Source: Malacoraja senta
Lineage: Eukaryota
Direction: 5' to 3'
Assembly: GCA_038087875.1 (NCBI GenBank)
Contig: JAXLNO010000655.1
Location: 372,001 to 436,000, forward strand
Length of the DNA stretch: 64,000 nucleotides
Under the pieces are notes generated by a model. It did no database searches, was not told the DNA's origin, and saw only the letters and a program-made list of their open reading frames with translations. Made by a program: the position numbers and the translations under genes. Shown here one piece after another: positions 22,601 to 34,760 of the stretch (within the stretch, counting starts at the first letter, position 1; each line of letters begins with the position of its first letter).

Positions 22601-25600
22601 CAAGTTCTACCCTCTAATTCTGCTCCTATGTCTTATGGTCTTTCGATCTTTGAATAAGGTCCTGACATTTTTCGAGGCTTTTAGACGGGCATATGGAATG
22701 GAAGGCTACGAACATGTTGAGGCAGAGGAGATTAGTTGAACTTGGCATGGTGTTTGGCACGGACATTGTGGGCAGACGAGCTGGATCCTGGGCTGCACCG
22801 TTCTGTGTTTTCAAACTGTTTTCTTCAAAAGAAAGTAATGAGGTCATTGGAAATAGTTGGTGCTTTAGTAATAAAAAACATTCATTGCAGACACAAACTC
22901 TTCATTGCTGGGCAGTGGTGAGTGCTTGATGCTTGACTGGAATCAAATTGTAAGTCATAAGGGACACCGCTGCTGTAATATCCCTCAGCCTGAAAGAGAT
23001 GAACTGGTCAATATCCGTCTAATTGCTGTTTTGTGGGATATTGCTTCGGGGGGGGGGAAATGTCTGCCTTGTTAAGTAACACTTGAAAGCGACTCATTGT
23101 ATGTCGAGACCTTTTTTAGGCCACTTATGAGACCTTTTCAAATAAAAGATACGTGTGGAATCAGGCCCTTCGGCCCACCGAGTCCACGGCAACAGTTGAT
23201 CACCCATTGACACTAGTTCTGTGTTGTCCCACTCTCTCATCCATTCCCAACACACACCAGGGGCAACTTTACAGAGATCAATGAACCTACAAACCTGCAC
23301 GACTTTGGGACGGACCTCGGAGGAAATCGGAGCACCCGGAGAACACTCACTTTATGAGAAATGCATCTGTGCCAGCGAGGGGTGGGGGGGGGGGGGGGGG
23401 TCGTGTTTATTAAAGAAAAAGGACATCTCAGATGTCCTAGGATGGAGCAGGTCTGGCAGAGGCAGAGATATTGTGAGTGGAGGACAGCATCTGTGCAAGA
23501 GGCAGGGAGGTGCAGTCCAGATAGCTGAGTTTTTAGAGATCCAAGATTCAAAATTCAAGAGAGTCTATTGTCATGTGTCCCAGATAGGACTATGAAATTC
23601 TTGCTTTGCTTCAGCACAACAGAATTATAGAAGGCATTTCATTCTTTTCATTAAAAGATACAGTATGGAAACAGGTCTTTCGGCCCACCGAGTCCGTGCC
23701 GACCAGCCATCCCTGCACACTCACAGTATCTTACACACACTAGGCACAATTTTATAATTATATACCAAGCCAATATTCACTTCTCTAACCTCACGTAACC
23801 CTTGCTTTCCCTCTCTCTCCATCCCTCGCCCTTCCCAGCTCTCCAACCAGTCTGACTATCCCTCGGATTACATTGCATCTCTGTTTGCTTTGTTGTCACC
23901 TTCTTCCGAGCTAACAATGGTCTATTCTACATTTTTCTTGATCTGCACCTCTTTTGATCTCTTACGCTTCCTTTTCTCCGTAACTCCTTCTCTCCTGATG
24001 CGCATTCTGAAGAAGGGTCTCGACCCGAAACGTCACCCATTCCTTCTATCCAGAGACGATGCCTGTCCAGCTGAGTTACTCCAGCATTTTGTGTCTATCG
24101 TCGGTGTAAACCAGCATCTGCAGTTCCTTCCGACACAATTAGCCTACAAACCCGTGTGTGGGGATCACTGGTTGGCACGGACTCAGTGGGCCGAAGGGCC
24201 TGTTTCCACACTGTATCTCTAAACTAAACTAAAATAAAATATCTGCTTGCGCACGGAATGCTTCAAATCATAACACATTACATTAAAAAGAATCTTTCCA
24301 CTTCCCACTTGTCATTCTTTTTGCCAAAAGATCTGTCTTGTGTTCTCTGATTCCCTTCCCGTTGGAAAGAACCGTAATTATTCTGCCAAATTCCTTCCTG
24401 ATCTTTAACATCTTTAGTTTGTTTTTCGTTTTGGAGATAGAGCGTGGAAAAAGGCTTTTCGGCCCACCAAGTCTACGCTGGCCATTTACACAACCATCTG
24501 TTCAGGGGGTAGATGAGGAGGTGGGAGAACATCAAACACTTGGCTCTTGGCACACATCCTCTCTTTCGATCTTGTGTGAACGAGTGGTCGGTGGTTGGTG
24601 TGGACTCGGTGGGCCTGTTTTCATCCATGTCTCTTAAACTAAACTGAGCCTATCAGCCTAAATGTCTTCTTGATCTTTCCGCACACAGGCAAAGGCTGCA
24701 TCCTTTCGCTTAGGAGCTGGGGAATTAATTAAACATTGTGCACTCATATAACCATAACATATATAACCATAACAGCACGGAAACAGGCCATCTCGGCCCT
24801 TCAAGTCCGTGCCGAACAGTGATGACCTCTCACCTTGGACCTTATGATGACCTGAGGAAGGTCATTGATGAGGCAGCTGAAGATGGTTGGGCTTCGGATA
24901 TGACCCTAAGCATCTCCTGGGGATGACCAACATCAAGAACCATGTGAGTCAGTCGCATAAAGTGCAGTCACTGGACCATGTTGCATCTGATGTCGATTGA
25001 TTTCAGCTTTACCAAGGCACTAGTTCAAATACTGCCTTCTGCCGAAGGAATCGAGCCCAAAAAAATGAGGTTAGAATCGCACTTTGCCAGGCCAGATGAA
25101 TAAGTCCGATTTTCTCTGCTGAGGAACATTAGTCATTGAAATGCAGTCACATTATCCAGATTCATAAGTTCGTAAGTTCTAGGAGCAGAATTAGGCCATT
25201 CGGCCCATCAAGTCTAATCCATCATTCAATCACGGCTGATCTATCTTTCCTTCTCAACCCCATTCTCCCCGTAACCCTTGACACCCGTACTTATCAAGAT
25301 TCTGTCAATATCCACCTTAAAAATATCCATCGACTTGGCAATGAATTCCAAAGATTCACCACACTCTGACTAAAGAAATTCCTTCTTAGAAAGAAATTCC
25401 TTCCTTTCTCAAGGTACTTCCTTTTATTTTGAGGCTATGACCTATGGTCCTAAATTCCACTAGTGGAAACATCCTCTCCACATCCACTCTATCCAAGCCT
25501 TTCACTATTCGTTAAGTTTCAAAGAAGTCCCCCTTCATCCTCAGCGAGTACAAATGCTCATCATATGTCTACGCAATCATTCCTGGGATCATTCTCGTAA

Positions 25601-25868
25601 ACCTCCTGTGAACCCTCGCCAAAGCCAGCACATCCCTCCTCAGCAATGGGGCCCAACATTCAAGAGGGCAGGTCATCCCTACTTCAAGGGGAGTTGGAAT
25701 CATAGCCAACGAGCACCGATCCAGGCCCTTCGGCCCAACTTGTCCATGCTGACCAAGTTGGCATTCTGGGCGAGTCCCATTCACTAGCATAGAGAAGGCC
25801 AATAAATGACAGTAACATTCCCATTGCACGAGAATCGGAAACAACGATTGTGTCAGAAAAGACCGCAT

Positions 25869-26312
25869 CATAGAAACGTAGAAAATAGGTGCAGGAGTGG
25901 GCCATTCGGCCCTTCGAGCCAGCACCGCCATTCAATATGATCATGGCTGATCATCTAAAATTAGTTCCTGCTTTTTCCCCATATCCCTTGATTCCTTTAG
26001 CCATACGAGCTAAAACTAACTCTCTCTTGAAAACATCCAGTGAATTGGCCTCCACTGCCTTCTGTGGCAGAGAATTCCACAAATTCACAACTCTCTGCGT
26101 GAAGATGTTTTTCCTCATCTCAGTCCTAAATGGCCTACCCCTTATTCTTAAACTGTGACCCCTGGTTCTGGACTCCCCCAACATCGGGAACATTTTTCCT
26201 GCATCTAGCCTGTCCAATCCTTTAAGAATTTCATATGTTTCTATAAGATACCCTCTCATCCTTCTAAATTCCAGTGAATACATGCTCAGTCGACCCATTC
26301 TTTCATCATACG
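25869..26312 (-). mobile_element. CR1 LINE 3' fragment
   Basis: ORF 25951-26316 YSLEFRRMRG...TRGHSLRI...QRVVNLWNSLP. Similar fragments at ~20288-20558, 37315-37713, 41950-42430, 62195-62595 and 63675-64000. Confidence 0.9.
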
Positions 26313-27136
26313 TCAAATCATTATTTGGATGGTGAACGAGCTACTCTGCACAGAACAGTTGTCCCCTGAAATTGCTTTCCAGGATGCTGACGTCCCACAA
26401 AACCAACAGGGAATGAAGCCGACACTGATGATCCCCAACAAACAAAATTCAGCGTGGATCTGGAAGGGAGATTTTAATTGAGGTCCTTAAAACAATTAAA
26501 TAACCCCATGGGATAAGGAGAAACGGTTTTCTCTGATGAGTTCAGTTCTGGAACAAGGAGGCTTAAAATGTAAGCAAAGCCATTCAGGAATTATGTGAGG
26601 AGACACTTCCTCTCACGCAGGAACAAGGGAATATGGAGCACAACACAAAGTGCTGGAGGAACTCAACAGGTCAGGCAGCATCTGTGGAGATGCTGTGAGA
26701 ACGGAGAGGATGAGAAGGAGTTTCTTCCCAGAGGCCATTAGGACTGTAAACTCCTGTCTCTCCAGGGACTAACTTTACTGAACCACTCTACTGTTGTGTG
26801 GTGTCTATTTAAAATTGCTGTTTTTTTTACTTTTTCTTCCCTCCCTCCCTCCCACAAATATTTAATATGTGAATATGTGATTCTGTTCCATTCTGTTTGT
26901 AGTTTGTCTGTTTGTTTTTTGCACAATTCGCGAGCGTTGCCACTTTTCATTTCACTGCACATCTTGTATGTGTATGTGACGAATAGACTTGACTTGACTG
27001 GAGGGAATGGACAAACGACGTTTGGGTCGGGACCCTTCATTAGACATACTGTTTCAGGTGGGAGGTTATGGGAATCACGTAGGAAATATAGGAATCTCAA
27101 ATATAGGAAAGGTGGTGCAGCGGTAGAGTTGCTGCC

Positions 27137-27340
27137 TGTAGATTGGCTATTTCATACTAGCCAATTATAGTGCTTGTTAGTAGTGACTCCGCCTAGTATG
27201 TGCTTTATATTATCAAGAGCTTGCCTACGCTAGTTAGTATGAGTAACAGCTAGGAGCTGTAATGTCTGCAGATCCTTGCTGTAAGTAGATTTAATAAACA
27301 TGTGTTGTATCTTTATATGTGTTCGTATCACCTCATTACA
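27137..27340 (+). mobile_element. Putative solo LTR (204 bp)
   Basis: TGTA...TACA termini; AATAAA near the 3' end; flanked by CTGCC/CTGTC (5-bp TSD, 1 mismatch); interrupts a V-SINE head. Confidence 0.65.
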
Positions 27341-27347
27341 CTGTCTA

Positions 27348-27797
27348 TGGGCCTGTCCCACTTAGGCGATTTCTAGGCGACTGCCGGCGACTGTCATGGT
27401 CATAGCAGGTCGCCGAAAAACTGGCGACTGGACTAATGGGCCTGTGCCACTTAGGCGATTTTCTTGGCGACTGCCGGCGAATACGACAATGGAATTCACC
27501 GAAGCCAGCACCGACGACAACCTACATCACCTGGCGACAACCTATGACTTCTTGGTGACAGCCTACGTTAACCTAGCGACAACCTACGACAGCTCATTGG
27601 CGTCAAACCCACGGACGCCACTGGCGCCGAAAGTTTTTCAACGTGTTGAAAATCCAGCGGCGACCAGAAAGACGCTACGACTCTTTGGGCGACTGAGGAG
27701 ACGACTCACGACCATACAGGCGACAGCCCGGCGACCACGTGGTGACCGCATAGTCACCTGTAGTCGCCTAAAAAATCGCCTCAGTGGGGCAGGCCCA
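27348..27797. mobile_element. PIF/Harbinger-type MITE with a duplicated left terminus (second terminus ~27437)
   Basis: TIR TGGGCCTGTCCCACTTAGGCGATTT / AAATCGCCTCAGTGGGGCAGGCCCA; TTA right flank; CpG-rich GCGAC-repeat interior. Confidence 0.75.
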
Positions 27798-28912
27798 TTA
27801 CAGTGCCAGAGACCCGGTTTGGATCCTGACTGAGCATTCCCCTCAAGATCTTCTACACGTTTGTAAGATCACCCCTCATCCTCCTGCGCTTGGATTACCC
27901 CTCCAAATTTTTTATAACTGTGTATTGACGTAAAGTAGTTAATAGGCAATTTAAAGGCTTATGGAGATATAACTTTCCTTTGAACGTATTTGACTTATTC
28001 ATGAATGTCAAATATTTACCTCAGCTCTGTCGCTTTCATCCCCTACTGACTGAAGCTTGTGCATAGCGTCTGAGAATACAACTTGTGAACCAAGCATTAC
28101 TGTAATAATCCCTCCCTTAATCTTTATAAGAAAGCAGCGTAATAGCAGTGAATAGTGAAAGGCCTGGATAGAATGGATGTGGAGAGGATGTTTCCACTAG
28201 TGGGAGAGTCTAGGACCAGAGGTCATAGCCTCATTATTAAAGGACGTTCCTTTTGGAAGGAGATGCGGAGGAATTTCTTCAGTCAGAGGGTGGTGTATCT
28301 GTGGGATTCATTGCCACAGAAGGCTATGGAGGACGTCAATGGATATTTTTAAGGCAAAGATAGATAGATTCTTGATTAGTACGGGTGTCAGTGGTTATAG
28401 GGAAAAGACAGGAGAATGGGGTTGAGGGGGGAAAGATAGATCACCCATGATTGAATGGCAGAGTAGACTTGATGGGCCAAATGGCCTAATTCTGCTCCGG
28501 AGTTTGTACGTTCTTCCTGTGTGAGTTATCTCTGAGTTATCTCTGAGATCTTCGGTTTCCTCCTACATTCCCAAAACGTACAGGTTTGTATGTTAATTGG
28601 CTTAGTATAAATGTAAAATAATTATCCCTAGTGTATGTAGGATAGTGTTAATGTGCGGGGATTGCAGGTCTGTGCGGACTCGGTAGGCCGAAGAGCCCGT
28701 TTCCGCGCTGCATCTCTAAACTAAACTAAACCAAACCTGTCCAAATGTCTTTGAAATTGTTGTACCTGCTGTACTGTTATTGTACCAGCTCAGTGACTTC
28801 CTCCGGCAGCTCGTTCCATATACCCCCACCCTCTCTGTGAAGAACTTGCCCCACAGGTCCCTATTAAAACTTTCCCCTCTCACCTTAAACCTATGCCCTC
28901 TAGTTCTTGATT

Positions 28913-29552
28913 CCTGACCACATCATTAAGAAAGGACAACAACGCCTATACTTCCTCAAACAGCTCAAGAAGTTCAGAGTCCACAAACACCTCCTGGTAC
29001 GCTTCTATCAATCCATCATTGAAAGCATCATCACCTCCTCAATCACAGTCTGGTACGGAAACACTGACAGTCATTCACTACACAGAATACAGCGCATTGT
29101 CTCCAAGGCCTCTAGGATCATCAACTCTCCCCTCCCCTCAATCCATTCCATTTACCTCCAACGTACCTCAAAACGGGCAACAAAGATCATCTCGGACCCC
29201 TCCCATCCAGCAAACCACCTTTTCCAGTCTCTCCCTTCAGGGAGGCGCCTTAGGTCACTTGCTACAAAATCCACCCGTTTTAAAAACAGTTTCTTCCCCT
29301 CAGCAATAGGAACACTTAATTCCCTCCAATAACTTTTTGACTTTGATGTATACAGTGTCTTGTCTATGGTTTTTGTCTGTTCTTTTGCACTATGTATTGT
29401 TGGTGAGATTTGTGATTTGTGATGTGCTTTATTATTATGATCTGTGTTGTTATTAGTGTTAATGTGCTAAAGCAGTGTACCATCATGTACCGAACCCAAT
29501 TACCACCAACCCTGGTTGTGTGGCAAATAAAGTTTCTATCTATCTATCTATC
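28913..29552 (+). mobile_element. Rex1/Babar-clade LINE 3' fragment
   Basis: KKGQQRLYFLKQL...FYQSIIESIITSSITVWYGN...LPSGRRLRS...FKNSFFPSAI; tail AATAAAGTTT(CTAT)n. Confidence 0.85.
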
Positions 29553-31398
29553 TGGGGAAAAAGAACGTGTGCAGATACCGAATGCAGCTCCACCCCAGGT
29601 AAGAAGCGGCTTCTGTTTTTACAGACGTCCAAAGTCGGATATTGTCCGTCAGTCGGAAAATACACAGAGGTCACTCAGTATTGAATTGGAAGATACCCTT
29701 GGAAACAAGTCGCACAGCACACCAAGTCCAGAACGACCTCTGATTACCTCTCATACCTCCCACACAATGGTAATGAATGTGATCAGAAACTTATAAGACT
29801 GTTAAGAAAGAATCATTACTAAAAGCAAAGGGAGAGAGATGGAGCAACTGCTGCCATGTACATACGTCAGACATTCGAATTCAATGTTATGGGATCTGCT
29901 TTGTAAATGTTAAGTGAATTGATTGATTGAAAGATACAGCACGGCAACAGGCCCTTCGGCCCACCGAGTCCTCGCCGACCATCGATCACACATTTACACT
30001 AGTTCTATGTTATCCCACTTTCACGTCCACTCCCTCACCATTAGGGGCAACTTATGGCGGCCGATAAACCCGTGCATCTTTGGGTTGTGAGAAGAAACCA
30101 CAGTGCCCGGAAGAAGCCCATGCAGTCAGATGGAGGAAGTGCAAACTCCACACAGACAGCGTCCGTGGTCAGGATTGAACCTGGGTCTCTGGCGTTGTGA
30201 GGCCGCATCTCTGCCAGCCGTGCCACTGTATTAATGTACATAAACCAGGCATTCATAACCCAGGGATGGCATGCACTTATCTTGAACTTATATTGTGAAT
30301 ATTACTCACTCTGTCCGAAAATAAGTTTCAATTGATGGCGATATGACTCCAAGCCGGAATTCAGGAAAAGGTTTAAGGAAGCTGAATAAAAACAGGTAAT
30401 GACATGAACATCGGACAGTACAGCACACAAAGAGGCCCTTCGGCCCAAAATGACGAACTTGATGCCAAGATAAACTAATCTCAAGATGGACACAAAAAGC
30501 TGGAGGAACTCAGCAGGTCAGACAATATCTCTGGAGAAAACAAATGAGGGACGTTTCGGGTCGAGACCCTTCTTCAGACTCGAGCCGAAACGTCACCTAT
30601 CGGGTTGAAATCCTTCTTGGGACTGCCTCATGACCACCTGACTCTTATTCTCAGGGCACCGACTAATGAACGAGAACATACCAAAATGCATCAGAAAGGC
30701 AACTCTCCTATTTAATCTGTCTGAATCTCATCCTTATATGGAGATCCGCTGCCAAGAGTCTGTTGAAATTAGCTACCTTTTTAGTTTCGTTTTTTAGTTT
30801 AGAGATACAGCGCGGAATCAGGCCCTTCGGCCCACCGAGACCGCACCGACCTGCGATCCCCGCACGCTATATAATTTATCTCTACTTTTACACCAAGCCA
30901 ATTAACCTACAAACCTGTACGTCTTTGGAGTGTGGGAGGAAAGCGAAGATCTCGGAGAAAACCCACGCAGGTCACGGGGCGAACGTACAAACTCCGTACA
31001 GACATGCACCCGTAGCCAGGATTGAACCCAGGACCCTGGCCCAACTCTACCGCTGCGCCACCGTGCATTTTGTGCCAGGTAATTCTTGATCGGATGTGCA
31101 GCTGCACACTACCAAGCGCCTTCACACAAGTTCACATGTTATAGGAGTGGAATTAGGCCATTCGGCCCATCGAGTCTACCCCGGCCTTTCAATCGTGGCT
31201 GATCTCTGCCTCCTAATCCCATTTTCCTGCCTTTCTCCCCATAACCCTTGACAACCGTTCCAATCAAGAATTTGTCGACCACTGCCTTAACGATATCCAC
31301 CTTTACCCGATGAAACAAATAGACCTGCCCACAGTCAGTCACATAAAATTAAATTCATCCACTGGTTAAAACTATTAACATCATTTAAAAAAAAAAAA

Positions 31399-31960
31399 TT
31401 TTTTAATCAAACATATTTATTCAAATGTTAAAATTATACAGTAAAAAAACAAAAACAGAACCTACCACCATAATACACGACAAATGGTAAACTATTATAT
31501 AACTATCTTACACTCCTTGTCAAGGATGCATTCAACCCCAGCGGTGCCCAGCGATCCAGGAAATCCCCCCAGGGCGCCCGTGGACAGCGCGTAGTCCCTC
31601 TCTAACCACCCGGGCATGGACGTAACCCCGGAAAAGGGGAAGGCAGCCGGCTCGGGCAGAGCCCTCTTCCGCCTGGCGCCGTGACTCGTGGATGGCCAGC
31701 TTGGCCAGGCCTAGGATCAACCCAACCAGGACATCTTCACCCCTACCCTCTCCCCTAGACACAGGGTGTCCGAAGATGAGGGTGGTGGGTGAGAAGCGCA
31801 GCCGGAAGGCAAGGAGCAGCCCCTTTAGGTATTTATTGGAACAGGGGCTGCAACCTCACACACTCCATATACACGTGGTACACAGACTCTTCCGGCCCGC
31901 AAAAGTGGCAGGCGGCTGGCGAGTGTGTGAACCGCGGGAGAAACAGGTCGCAAGGGACTA
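31399..31960 (-). mobile_element. Tx1-type (L1 clade) LINE 3' fragment
   Basis: C-terminus VYHVYMECVRLQPLFQYL...LIFGHP...LLGLAKLAIH-like; AATAAA and A-rich tail. Confidence 0.75.
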
Positions 31961-33467
31961 TTAACAACATTGGAATGTGTGGTGATGGGTTGTTAGTCAG
32001 AGCCTTGAGCACTTCTCAAGCCAACCACCTTCCTTTAATAAGATCAATATATCTGCAGAGTATTAATTCTCCAACAGTGCTTCCTTCACAGGTCACTGAG
32101 AGGGAAACAGTAGCTCAGCATTGGCAACAGTGCTTGGCATTGCATCAAATACCATCTGGGCTGGGGAAGTCCATTCAGTCTATCGTGCCCACGACTGCTA
32201 GGTTAAAGTGCTGTTTGTCCCACTCTCTTTGATCCCACTCCCTGCATTTGAAAGTGGCTGCCCAAGTGTGAGGTGTGGTAGCGCAGAATGCCAAACGTAA
32301 GGGGAAGTTATATGGTTGATCCAAGACCCCCCAACGGCATCGATGTACAGAGGGCGGCACGGTGGCGCAGCGGTAGAGTTGCTGCCTTACAGCTCCAGAG
32401 GCCTCGGGTTCGATTCTGACCACGGGCGCAGTTTGCACATTTTCCCTGTGACCACATAGGTTTTCGCCGGGTGCTCCGGTTTCCTCCCACACTCCAAAGA
32501 CGTACAGGTTTGTAGGTTAATCAGCATCAGTAAAATTGTAAATTGTCCCTGGTGTACAGGACAGTGTTCTGGTGTAGGGATCGCTGGTTGGTGTGGACTC
32601 GGTGGGCCGAAGGGCCTGTTTCCTATATCTGTAGAGTCTAAAGAGATTTTGGAGTGCAAGTCTATAGAACTCGGAGGAAGCCCACATGGTCACGAGGAAT
32701 ATGTGCCAAGTCTGCACAGACCGGAGGTCAGGATCGAACCTGGCTTGCTGGAGTCGTGTGGCCAATTTCTCTACTCGCTGCCCCACCGTGCCACCCAATG
32801 AAATCTTCAAGGAGGAGGGTACCAGCTTTTCCAGCCTCTCAGGCTAACTAAAAATACCTGTCCCTGCGCCTCCGGTAGGCCCCCTCCGAACAACTCCTTC
32901 TCAATCCACACTGCTCCCAAAATGCAAGGACATTGAGGAATGGTGACAGCTCACAAGGAAGCCATTTCACCGGCAATCTGATTTGTCCCTCCCCCAATTC
33001 CTTCCCCACAAGTCCTGATAATTCCGACCTTTCTGTAACATGCCCAACTCCCTTATGAGTCAAGTAAACAGGAAGAAACAGGCCTCTAATCACAGATAAT
33101 CGGCTCAGCAGAGATATAGGAGAGGAAACAGGAACTAAACATATCTAACAGAGTGATTCCGTTACAGCTCGAAAGAAGGCTAAATTCTGAAAGAGCATGT
33201 GGAGAATTGGATAGGGTGGCACAGTGGTGCGGCTGGTAGAACCATTGTCTCACTGCGCAAGAGACCCGGGTTCAATCCTGATGTCGGATGCAGTCTGTGT
33301 GGAGTGCACATGTTCTCCCTGTGACATGTGGGGTTTTTCTGGGTGCCCCTGTTTCCCATGCCAAGGACGTGCGGGTTTGCCCACTGCAATCAGTCTGAAG
33401 AAGGGTCCCGACCCGAAACGTCACCTATCCATGTTCTCCAAAGATACTGCCTGACCCGCTGAGTTCT

Positions 33468-33970
33468 GCTGGAGTAACTCAGCAGGACAGGCAGCATCTC
33501 TGGAGAGAAGGAATAGGTGACGTTTCGGGTCGAGACCCTTCTTCAGACTAGTCGGGGGAAAGGGAAACGAGAGATATAGACGGTGATGTAGAGAGATAAA
33601 GAACAATGAATGAAAGAGATGCAAAAAACTAACGCTGATAAAGGAAGCAGGCCATTGTCAGCAGTGGGTGGTGCTACTTGGGTGGGGAGGGATGGAGAGA
33701 GAGAGGGAATGCCTGGGTTGCTTGATGTTGGAGAAATCAATATTCATACCACTGGGCTGTAAGCTGCCCAAGCGAAATATGAGATGCTGTTCCTCCAATT
33801 TGCGTTCAACCTGACTCTGACAACGGAGGAGGCCTAGGACAGAAAGGTCAGTGTGGGAATGGGAAGGAGAATTAAAGTGTTTAGCAAGCGGGAGATCGGG
33901 TAGGTCCCAGGTGGACTGAGCGAAGGTGTTCGGCGAAACAATCACCCAGTCTACGTTTGGTCCCGACGAT
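33468..33970 (-). mobile_element. Penelope-like element 3' portion (GIY-YIG end + terminal repeat)
   Basis: PDLPLAKHFNSPSHSHTDLSVLGLL...LEEQHLIFRLGSLQPSGMNIDFSN, followed by the terminal repeat with hammerhead-like core at 33546-33519. Confidence 0.85.
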
Positions 33971-33974
33971 GGTT

Positions 33975-34760
33975 CACACCATACAACGACGTGGCAGAGG
34001 ACTCACTGCTTTAAGGACTGATCCCAGGGACACATTCGGAGACGGACGCCAACTGCTGCTGGATGGTCATCAACTCGGTGACAGACGCTCTTTGGTCTGC
34101 CCGAGACTCTCAGCACAACGAGTTGTCCGCCAGGGATTGCGGCCGACTGGGAGTACCTGCTGAGGGAAGCACTGAAGCTCGGTGCTGCCAACGCCATGGC
34201 TCTGTGGGGGAGGACCACAGTCTAGGGTCCTTCTGCTGCTGGACTTTGGGGGGCGGGGTCCGGTGGAGACGCCCTCAAACGACGGAAGGGATATCACCCC
34301 AGGGGGCCACAAGGGTGGCAAGCGTGCTTGGTATAATGATATTTCTGTGAACGCTACCAGATACAACGATACGGAATGTATCTATAGTCGTTGAGAATGT
34401 CGGAGGAGTTTATGCACAGTTTTTATTACATACGTAGATACATAGAAAATAGGTGCAGGAGTAGACCATTCGGCCCTTCGAGCCTGCACCGCCATTCAAT
34501 ATGATCATGGCTGATCATCCAACTCAGTATCCCGTACCTGCCTTCTCTCCATACCCCTGATCCCTTTAGCCACAAGGGCCACTTGTGTAGAGGAAGGACC
34601 TGCAGATGCTGATTTACACCGAAGATAGACGCAAAAAGCTGGAGTAACTCAGTGGGACAGGCAGCATCTCTGGAGATAAGGAACGGGTGACGTTTCAGGT
34701 CGACACCCTTCTTCAAATATATTTTTTTCTTCTGAATAAAGTACATTTTGTTTAAAAAAA
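33975..34760 (+). mobile_element. Tx1-type LINE 3' fragment interrupted by CR1 and Penelope pieces
   Basis: IPGTHSETDANCCWMVINSVTDALWSAR; tail GAATAAAGTACATTTTGTTTAAAAAAAA at ~34734-34761. Confidence 0.6.
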
